Assembly (NCBI GenBank): GCA_964384595.1
Contig: CAYLLY010000003.1
Coordinates: forward strand, 198-64,197
Reading direction: 5' to 3'
DNA: 64,000 nt
From: an uncultured Nitrospirales bacterium
Lineage (GTDB): Bacteria; Nitrospirota; Nitrospiria; Nitrospirales; NS-4
Shown one piece after another: positions 35,229 to 42,567 of the stretch. The notes under the pieces were generated by a model, which was not told the DNA's origin, did no database searches, and saw nothing but the letters and a program-made list of their open reading frames with translations. Both the position numbers and the translations under genes were made by a program. Positions within the stretch are counted from its first letter, which is position 1, and every line of letters starts with the position of its first letter.

Positions 35229-36049
35229 GGGCACAGCACGTTGTGGGAATCGCCGCCGCCGCGGCCGTGGCGGCCACAGTCGGACTCGCGGGCTGCGCGC
35301 TGTTCGAGAGCGAGCAGGTCGCCACGGGGCGCAAGCTCTTCGAGTACTATTGCCTGCACTGTCACGGCGAAAAAGGAATGGGGAACGGGTTCAACGCGAA
35401 GCATCTCGACCCCAAACCGCGGGATCTCACGGACAAAGATGAAGAGTTCATGGTGAAGATGTCCAACGAGGAGATCTATGAGGTGATTTCCCGCGATATG
35501 ATGTCCCAGGAGGAGTTCGACGAGAAATACGGCGAAGACACGGACAAGCTGTTCACGCCGCCGAACATGCCCTCGTTCAAGCACACCCTCTCCGATGCGG
35601 AGCGCTGGTCGCTGGTCGCGTTCGTGCGGACGTTGCACAAGAACGCCGCGCCCAGGGTGGAGATTCCGGCCCAGGCCGCCAAGGAGCGGCCCAAGTTCCC
35701 GCCCGCGCCCAAGCCGACGCTTGCCTCCGCGCCCGCGGACCTGGAGAAGCTGGCCGCGAAGGGAAAGACCCTCTATGAGGATAAATACGGGTGCCATGCC
35801 TGCCACGCGATCGGCGCGAAGGGGGGGATCGTCGGCCCCGAACTCGACCGGGCGGGGTTCCGCTTGAACGCCGCGTGGGTGTACCGGTGGATCAAGTATC
35901 CGCAGGCCATGAAGCCGCACACCAAGATGCCGAACCTGGGCGTGTCGGACGACGACGCGCTGGCGATCACGGCCCATCTCGGGACCCTGAAGGCGGAGCC
36001 TCCGGCCGAGCCGTCCGCCGCGCCCACGAAACAGGCCTCGGCGCAGTGA
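35225..36049 (+). CDS. Di-haem c-type cytochrome lipoprotein
   Basis: ATG35225 overlaps the previous stop (ATGA). Lipobox GLAGC. Two CxxCH motifs (CLHCHGEKG, CHACHAIG). Confidence 0.85.
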   Translation: MRAQHVVGIAAAAAVAATVGLAGCALFESEQVATGRKLFEYYCLHCHGEKGMGNGFNAKHLDPKPRDLTDKDEEFMVKMSNEEIYEVISRDMMSQEEFDEKYGEDTDKLFTPPNMPSFKHTLSDAERWSLVAFVRTLHKNAAPRVEIPAQAAKERPKFPPAPKPTLASAPADLEKLAAKGKTLYEDKYGCHACHAIGAKGGIVGPELDRAGFRLNAAWVYRWIKYPQAMKPHTKMPNLGVSDDDALAITAHLGTLKAEPPAEPSAAPTKQASAQ

Positions 36050-36066
36050 CCGGAGAGGAGCGCGGC

Positions 36067-36576
36067 ATGAAAAGGAGAGTCCTGGTCATTTCTAGGAACG
36101 AGGAGGTCGGGGAGTGGTTCAGGGGAGTTCTCGGCGGCCGTAAATCGGGGCAGACGGTCACCGTGGTGGGCGATCTGCAACCGGCTATCCGGATGCTGAA
36201 GCGAACTTCCCCCCACGTGGTGATTTTCGTCGAAGAGGGGCCTGAGAGGGACGACGACAGGCTGATGTTGCTGCGGGCGCTGCTCCTTATCGAGGAGCAG
36301 TGCCACCGGAACACGCTGGCGATCCTGTACGACCTCGCCGAAAACCGTATGACGATGTACCACAACGTTCACTTCCCGCAGGTGAATCGGCTGGACGTGG
36401 CGATGGCGGCACAGGAGGGCGCGCGTTGCCCGCTCTTCGGCGATGCGGAGGAGGCGGATGTGGCAGCTCAGGCGTATCCTGCAGATTGCCCCTACCTCCC
36501 CATCGGGACCGCCGGGATGGGCGCCGGCTGCGGGACGGCGGTGAGAGAGAATGAGTCGGTCGAACGGAAAGAATAA
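36067..36576 (+). CDS. Hypothetical cytoplasmic protein, receiver-like flavodoxin fold?
   Basis: ATG36067 after ggagaggag. RVLVISRNEE...PHVVIFVEEG resembles a CheY-like beta-alpha pattern, but I cannot identify the phospho-acceptor Asp. Cys-containing C-terminus. Confidence 0.5.
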   Translation: MKRRVLVISRNEEVGEWFRGVLGGRKSGQTVTVVGDLQPAIRMLKRTSPHVVIFVEEGPERDDDRLMLLRALLLIEEQCHRNTLAILYDLAENRMTMYHNVHFPQVNRLDVAMAAQEGARCPLFGDAEEADVAAQAYPADCPYLPIGTAGMGAGCGTAVRENESVERKE

Positions 36577-36617
36577 CCATCGGCCGATATCCGGCTGATG
36601 TTGATAAGGGGGACGTC

Positions 36618-37751
36618 ATGGGCATACAGAGCATGGTGATCAGGATGAGATCTGCGCCGATCTTCGCGGTGGTCGGCCTCGCGACCCTGCTGGCCGGAGC
36701 AGCGGAGGCCCAATCCCCGGAGGTGGACGCTCCGAAGCAGCCGATCCCGGTGTTCAAGAACGTGCAGGTCAACCCCTATTCCATGCCGGACCTCACGAGC
36801 CAGCAGAATCTCTCCGTGAAGGCGACGGGCAAGGTGGTGGAGTATACCCTCACGATCGAGGCGATCCGGTGGAAGATCACGGGGAATGTCTACATGAATC
36901 AGTGGGCCTTCAACGGGCAAGTGCCGGGTCCGCTCATGGAGGCCACAGAGGGGGACTTGGTCCGGGTTTCGGTGAAGAACAATACCACGGTCAACCATAC
37001 CATTCACCACCACGGGATATGGACCCCGACCGTGATGGACGGTGTGCCGGACATGACGCAGAAACCCATCGAGCCCGGCGAGACCTTCGTGTACGAATTC
37101 ATCGCCAAGCCGGCGGGTTTTCACTGGTATCACTGTCATGTCAACGCGGCGGAGCATCTGGAGATGGGATTGTACGGCGGGTTCATCGTCCATCCGGCGC
37201 CCGAGACCGGACTGGGCACGACCAAGGAGCAGGTGGCCGATCCCGCGCTCAAGATTGATCGGGAGTACATCTTCGTCGTGGACGAGATGGACACGCGAAT
37301 CGAGGAGGGCAAGGCGGGCGGCCTCGGCCTCGGCCACCCACGGATGATCAGCAACTTCAATTACTTCACGATCAACGGGAAGGCGTTCCCCGAGACCCCG
37401 ATGATTTACGTGCGCGAGGGGGAGACGGTTCGGATCCGGCTGCTGAACGTGGGCTCCGTGGTGCACTCGTTCCACCTGCACGGACACACCTTCGCCACGA
37501 GCAGCGCCGAATGTGATCGGTGTCCGCGGACCTGGGAATACCGCGACGTCATCAACATCAGCCCGGCGCAGCGGCTGGACGTCGTCTTCAAAGCGAACAA
37601 TCCCGGGCGCTGGATGTTCCACTGTCACATCCCTCCCCACGTGACGAACGATGGCGTGTACCCGGGCGGCATGATGTCCATGGTGGAGTACGAGAACAAT
37701 CCCTATCTCAAGTTCCTGCCGCCGATGGACGGGCACGGGAAGCACAAATGA
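36618..37751 (+). CDS. Two-domain multicopper oxidase with type-1-Cu-type motifs in both domains
   Basis: 377 aa with a signal peptide. HTIHHHG (HxH), WYHCHVNAAEHLEMG (H-C-H-x3-H-x4-M), HSFHLHGH (HxH), FHCHIPPHVTNDG...M. Confidence 0.88.
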   Translation: MGIQSMVIRMRSAPIFAVVGLATLLAGAAEAQSPEVDAPKQPIPVFKNVQVNPYSMPDLTSQQNLSVKATGKVVEYTLTIEAIRWKITGNVYMNQWAFNGQVPGPLMEATEGDLVRVSVKNNTTVNHTIHHHGIWTPTVMDGVPDMTQKPIEPGETFVYEFIAKPAGFHWYHCHVNAAEHLEMGLYGGFIVHPAPETGLGTTKEQVADPALKIDREYIFVVDEMDTRIEEGKAGGLGLGHPRMISNFNYFTINGKAFPETPMIYVREGETVRIRLLNVGSVVHSFHLHGHTFATSSAECDRCPRTWEYRDVINISPAQRLDVVFKANNPGRWMFHCHIPPHVTNDGVYPGGMMSMVEYENNPYLKFLPPMDGHGKHK

Positions 37752-38812
37752 CCCGCCATGCCCGGGAGGGAGGAGATCAAGCGGACGAGACGCGGCCCCA
37801 GGACCGTTCGGAACAACAGCTTGATGAGTTGATCCGGCACGAGACGGAGGCCTTTTTTCGGCAACGGCCCGGCTGGAGCCTGACGACCGGCCCCAAGGAC
37901 ATCGAGCTGGTGGCCCATGCCCTGCGCGTGGTCCTGCATCTGGGGCCGGAGGCGGTGGCCTCCCACGCCGATGACTTCATGGCGCTGGTGGATATCCAGC
38001 GGCCCGACGGCGGCTGGGGGAATACGGAGGACGCGGGCGGCCGGGTGTGGGCGTCCGCGTTCGCCGCTCTCATGGTGGTGAGGGGCAATGAACTTCTGGG
38101 CGATGCGCGTTTGACCCGCGCGGTCACGCGCGCCACGGACTACTTCCTGGACAGCCAGCTAAGCGACGGGCGATGGGTTGACCCACCGACCTGGACCGAC
38201 CTCGACGCCACCAGCCACCCGGTGAGCTTCTTCAACGTGGTCCGCGCCTTCGGCGAGACCTATCGGTTCGAGGAAGTCAACCGGGCGTGGGAGAAGGGGC
38301 TGAAGTTTCTGCTCGACCGCCAGGGCGAGGACGGTGGGTGGTACGCCCTCGACTTCAAGTCCCCCAGCGAGGTGGTCGCCTCCGGCAGCCCCATCGAGAT
38401 GACCGCGCACCTCGTGCAGGATGCGCTCGTGGCGGATCTTCTGCTGGAGAACCGCTTGGATGTCCGCGAGGCGTGCGCCCGCGCGGTCGCGCGGCTGGCG
38501 GCCTGGCAGGGAACGGATGGGTCCTGGGACAGGGGCAATACCGATCATACGATGGACAGCGCGCGGTCCTTGATGCTGGTCTCCAAGGTCCTGGACGATC
38601 AATCCGTGTTTTCAGTGATTCACCGGGCAGTGGCATGGATCGTGGCGGTGAAGAACGAGGTGGGCTGGGGGAACTTCCCGGGAGATGCCACCAACCTGGA
38701 GCGGCTGTGCGACGGCCTGGACACGTTGCTCAAGTACCGGGCGTTTCTCAAACAGGACACCACGGAACTCATCAGGCTCTGGGGCTATCTCCCGAGCCGC
38801 GTGAGCTTGTAA
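37748..38812 (+). CDS. Prenyltransferase / squalene-cyclase-like alpha-alpha-toroid repeat protein
   Basis: ATG37748 overlaps the previous stop (ATGA). Repeated QxxDGGW-type units: IQRPDGGWGN, SQLSDGRWVD, RQGEDGGWYA, WQGTDGSWDR, KNEVGWGNF. Confidence 0.68.
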   Translation: MTRHAREGGDQADETRPQDRSEQQLDELIRHETEAFFRQRPGWSLTTGPKDIELVAHALRVVLHLGPEAVASHADDFMALVDIQRPDGGWGNTEDAGGRVWASAFAALMVVRGNELLGDARLTRAVTRATDYFLDSQLSDGRWVDPPTWTDLDATSHPVSFFNVVRAFGETYRFEEVNRAWEKGLKFLLDRQGEDGGWYALDFKSPSEVVASGSPIEMTAHLVQDALVADLLLENRLDVREACARAVARLAAWQGTDGSWDRGNTDHTMDSARSLMLVSKVLDDQSVFSVIHRAVAWIVAVKNEVGWGNFPGDATNLERLCDGLDTLLKYRAFLKQDTTELIRLWGYLPSRVSL

Positions 38813-38868
38813 GACTTGAGAAGGAGGGATACACGACGGGGAATGGAAATGCAGCCTAGCGGCGAATC

Positions 38869-39699
38869 ATGATGGCCGGAAGAGAACTGAACGTTCCGAC
38901 CCTCGTGTTGTTCGTGGCCGTGAGCCTCACGGCCGTCGTCGGGGTGCCCGTTTTCGGGTATGTCTATGGCTATACCTGGCTGGACTGGACGGTATTCGGT
39001 GTTCTCTATGTGGTCACTGCATTGGGCATCACGGTCGGGTACCACCGGCTGATCTCCCATCGCAGCTTCCAATGCCCCGACTGGGTGAAGGCCGCGCTCC
39101 TGGTCGCGGGCGGGTGGGCGTTTGAAAACTCGGCGCTGAAATGGGGCGCCGATCATGGGCGGCACCATGCGCGCGTGGACGAGGAGGAGGACCCGTACGA
39201 TGCGACAAAAGGGTTCTGGTACAGCCACTGCGGCTGGGTCCTTCTGAAAGATCCCCACTACACCGAGAAATTCACGCCCTGGTTGCGGGAGGATCGCGTG
39301 GTGATGTGGCAACACCGCTGGTACGTTCCCATCGTCCTGTCCGGCCTCGCGCTGCCGTTCGCCGTGGGCTATGCCTACGGCGGATGGATGAGCGGCATAG
39401 GCTGCTTCATGCTGGCCGGCGTCGGACGGATGTTTTTGGTGCTGAACTCCACGTTCTGCATCAATTCCGTGTGTCACCTGTGGGGAAGCCAGCCGTACAG
39501 TCAGTCCAACACCAGCCGGGACAGTTGGCTGGTGTCGCTGATCACCATGGGCGAGGGCTACCACAATTACCACCATGCGTTCCAACGGGACTACCGAAAT
39601 GGTCCCCTGTGGTACAACTTCGACCCGTCCAAATGGCTCATCTACAATTTGTCGGTTCTTGGGTTGGCCGGCGACCTCGTCCGTTCAGGTCCGAGATGA
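38869..39699 (+). CDS. Membrane acyl-CoA/acyl-lipid delta-9-type fatty-acid desaturase
   Basis: Three His boxes: HRLISH, HGRHHA and HNYHHAF. Four hydrophobic helices. Typical length. Confidence 0.88.
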   Translation: MMAGRELNVPTLVLFVAVSLTAVVGVPVFGYVYGYTWLDWTVFGVLYVVTALGITVGYHRLISHRSFQCPDWVKAALLVAGGWAFENSALKWGADHGRHHARVDEEEDPYDATKGFWYSHCGWVLLKDPHYTEKFTPWLREDRVVMWQHRWYVPIVLSGLALPFAVGYAYGGWMSGIGCFMLAGVGRMFLVLNSTFCINSVCHLWGSQPYSQSNTSRDSWLVSLITMGEGYHNYHHAFQRDYRNGPLWYNFDPSKWLIYNLSVLGLAGDLVRSGPR

Positions 39700-39788
39700 G
39701 CGCGTCGTCCCAATAACACGTCCTGTGGACGGAGCGGCCTTACGAGTTTCGCGGGGGTGGGCACCGCGGAATACAGGGAGGAGGGCCT

Positions 39789-41105
39789 ATGGAAGCGAAA
39801 TTTTGCGCCGTCTGTGCCTGGAGGGGAAACTGCCAGATCAAATTTGCGCGGCTTGACGGCATCGCCAGCCAGTGCCTCCACTTTACCCGCGATGTCGAGC
39901 TGGAGCGCCGCGCGGCGGTGCGCGAGAGCGCCGACGTCGTGATCGCCGGGGCCGGCATCGGCGGGTTGTCGTTGGGTTTGTTCCTCGCCGAAAAAGGCCA
40001 CCGCATCATCATCCTGGAGCGCGGGGAAGAGCTCGTGCCGGTCCAGAAGCCGGAAGTGCTGCAGCCAGAAGCGCTGGAGATCCTGGAGCGACTCGGCGCC
40101 CTGGACGGGCTTCTCGCCATGGGGCCTGCCCGGTGCGAGTGTTATCATTTCTATCAACCGGGCGGGCGGCCCCTCGTCAACGTGCGTTGCTGTCCTCCGG
40201 CGTGGCGTCCTGTTCACGGTCTGATCACGCTGCCCCATTGGACCAGGCAGGCCCTTCTTGGCAGGCTGCAGGCCTATCCCCGCGCGCGCCTCTTCTGGGG
40301 CGCCGACCTGACGGACCTGACGCGCGCGGGCGGCGCCGTCACCGGCGTGCGGGCGAGGGTCAAGGGAAGAGATTGGAGCTTCTCCGCTCCGGTGGTGGTG
40401 GGCGCGGACGGCGCGGCCTCGCGTGTGCGCGCCGCCTTGAAGGTCGCCGGCGAGGTCCACCGGTATCCGGACGCCTTTGTCTCGGTGCTCGTGGATCGTT
40501 CCGCCGGCATCGGAAGCGATGTCCACTACTATGTGGGTCGCCGTTCGTTTCTCGGCGTCTTCCCGATCTCCTCGGACGCGCTGTGCCTGCTGCTCTCGGT
40601 TGACGCCGAACAGGCGCATCCCTTCACGTCCCTGTTGGGTCCTTCGCTGGCGGAACGGGTGGCTGCCATGGCGCCCGCCGTGGCGGAGGCTGTGCGGACG
40701 AGCGCCGACTGGGAGCATGCGACCCTGTTGCCCTGCGTGTGTGCCTGCGTTGCCCGGTGGGTCGCCGACGGAGCGGCGCTCATGGGCGACAGCGCCCATG
40801 CGTGCCATCCCTACATGGGGCTCGGCAGCGCGCTGGCGATGGAGGATGCGCGGGTTCTGGCCCAGGTGCTGGAGGGATGTTTTCAGCGAGGGGATTTCTC
40901 CGCCGAGGCCCTCACGGCCTATGAGGCGGCTCGCCGGCCGGTGGTGGAAAGGCTGCAGCGTCTCGCCGAACAGCGGGTCATGTTGTGGAACACGGCCAAT
41001 CCCTTCCTGGCCTGGGCCCGGAGCGGGATGTTCCGGGCTGTGGCGAGGCATCCCCGGCTCCTCTCGAAGGAGTTCATCGCGAATGCGGTAGGGGTGGCGC
41101 AATAA
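39789..41105 (+). CDS. FAD-dependent monooxygenase (UbiH/aromatic-ring hydroxylase-like) with Cys-containing N-terminal extension
   Basis: VVIAGAGIGGLSLGLFLAEKGHRIIILER (GxGxxG). GDSAHACHPYMGLG. About 50-aa extension MEAKFCAVCAWRGNCQIKF...QCLHF. Paralog of 55176-56420. Start uncertain. Confidence 0.82.
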   Translation: MEAKFCAVCAWRGNCQIKFARLDGIASQCLHFTRDVELERRAAVRESADVVIAGAGIGGLSLGLFLAEKGHRIIILERGEELVPVQKPEVLQPEALEILERLGALDGLLAMGPARCECYHFYQPGGRPLVNVRCCPPAWRPVHGLITLPHWTRQALLGRLQAYPRARLFWGADLTDLTRAGGAVTGVRARVKGRDWSFSAPVVVGADGAASRVRAALKVAGEVHRYPDAFVSVLVDRSAGIGSDVHYYVGRRSFLGVFPISSDALCLLLSVDAEQAHPFTSLLGPSLAERVAAMAPAVAEAVRTSADWEHATLLPCVCACVARWVADGAALMGDSAHACHPYMGLGSALAMEDARVLAQVLEGCFQRGDFSAEALTAYEAARRPVVERLQRLAEQRVMLWNTANPFLAWARSGMFRAVARHPRLLSKEFIANAVGVAQ

Positions 41106-41115
41106 GAGGGTCCTC

Positions 41116-42327
41116 ATGAGTGAGCGCGACTTTCTGACTGAGGGAGGCGTGACCAGACGGGCCGTCCTTGCGAAGGCGGGAGGAATCGGCGCCATGCTTG
41201 CCTTGGGCGGCGTGACCGCCCCCCTTCGCCGGATTGCCGGTGAGGCGTATGCCGCAGACCAGCCGGTCATTCAGGGAAAGGACCGGTTGATCGTCAGATC
41301 GGGTCGGCCGCTCAATCTCGAGATGCCGATCGGGCTCGTGGATTCCTGGATCACGCCGACGCCCCTTCACTTTGTGCGCAACCATTACGAAGTCCCGGTC
41401 GTGGACCCGAACGAATTGCGCCTGCGCGTTGAAGGAGCGGTGGAGCGCCCGCTTGCGCTCGCGCTCGACGACCTGAAGCGTCTGCCGGTGATCGAGGAAG
41501 TCGTCACACTGGAATGCGCCGGGAACGGGCGTTCGTTTTTCGATCCGAAGGTGCCGGGCGCCCAGTGGCAGCGCGGGGCCGTCGGCACGGCTCGTTACAA
41601 GGGGGCTCGGCTGGCCGATGTGCTCCAGCGTGCCGGGATCAGCCCGGCGGGCAGGCACGTCTTGCTCGATGGCGCCGACCAGCCACCGGTCCCGACGGCG
41701 CCCGATTTCGTCCGGAGCATTCCGGTCGAGAAGGCGATGGCCCCGGAGACCCTGCTGGCCTACGAGATGAACGGGGAGCCGTTGCCTGCCGTGCACGGGT
41801 TCCCGCTCCGGGCGATCGTGCCCGGCTGGATCGGCTCGGCGAACGTCAAGTGGCTCGTCCGGGTTGCGGTGCTGGAGCAGCCGCATGACGGGCATTTTAT
41901 GGTCAAGGGGTATCGGTTTCCGCGCTCGCCTGTGGCCCCCGGCGAGAAGGTGGACCCCAAAGACATGGAGGTGGTCACCGAACTGGACGTGAAATCCGTG
42001 ATCGCGCAGCCGGGTGACGGGGCTCGGATCGCGACGGGCTCCGTGAAGGTCACCGGGGCGGCCTGGGCCGGTGAGGCGGAGATCGCCCGCGTGGACGTGT
42101 CCACCGATTTCGGCCGGACATGGCAGCCGGCGCGTCTCGGGGCCGATCGCGCCCGGTACGCGTGGCGGCTCTGGGAGCTCGACTGGATGGTCCGGGAGCG
42201 GGGAGCCTACCTTCTGATGTCGCGCGCCACGGACTCGCGTGGGCGGACTCAGCCGATCGCGCCGTTCTGGAACCCGAACGGCTATCTGTGGAACGTCGTT
42301 GATCAGGTCCAGGTCCGCGTGAGCTGA
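41116..42327 (+). CDS. Sulfite-oxidase-family molybdoenzyme (SorA-like), TAT-exported
   Basis: Twin-arginine VTRRAVLAKAGGIGAML. Mo-ligand Cys context VVTLECAGNGRS. GFPLRAIVPGWIGSANVKW. C-terminal dimerisation-type Ig domain. Confidence 0.86.
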   Translation: MSERDFLTEGGVTRRAVLAKAGGIGAMLALGGVTAPLRRIAGEAYAADQPVIQGKDRLIVRSGRPLNLEMPIGLVDSWITPTPLHFVRNHYEVPVVDPNELRLRVEGAVERPLALALDDLKRLPVIEEVVTLECAGNGRSFFDPKVPGAQWQRGAVGTARYKGARLADVLQRAGISPAGRHVLLDGADQPPVPTAPDFVRSIPVEKAMAPETLLAYEMNGEPLPAVHGFPLRAIVPGWIGSANVKWLVRVAVLEQPHDGHFMVKGYRFPRSPVAPGEKVDPKDMEVVTELDVKSVIAQPGDGARIATGSVKVTGAAWAGEAEIARVDVSTDFGRTWQPARLGADRARYAWRLWELDWMVRERGAYLLMSRATDSRGRTQPIAPFWNPNGYLWNVVDQVQVRVS

Positions 42328-42359
42328 TTATACATAACGACATAAGTCCTGTCCTCTTC

Positions 42360-42421
42360 GTCATTCCGGGCTTGACCCGGAATCCAGGTTTTTCCTGGAT
42401 TCCCGCTTTCGCGGGAATGAC
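42360..42421. repeat. REP/MITE-like composite palindromic element (three hairpins)
   Basis: GTCATTCCGGG-cttga-CCCGGAAT, ATCCAGG-ttttt-CCTGGAT, ATTCCCGC-tttc-GCGGGAATGAC. Outer arms GTCATTCC/GGAATGAC. Spurious translation gives the familiar ...WIPAFAGMT string. Confidence 0.85.
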
Positions 42422-42567
42422 AGATTGTGCGGTGATTAATGTCTCTGTGTATAGAGAGAAGATCGCTGGTGAAGGGCGGGTATGTTTTGGTCCAGACCTC
42501 CAAACAAACCCGGCTCAGCTAAAGGAGACCCTTCACCAGCCCTTTTCTTTCGCTCGTTCCGGGAGGG

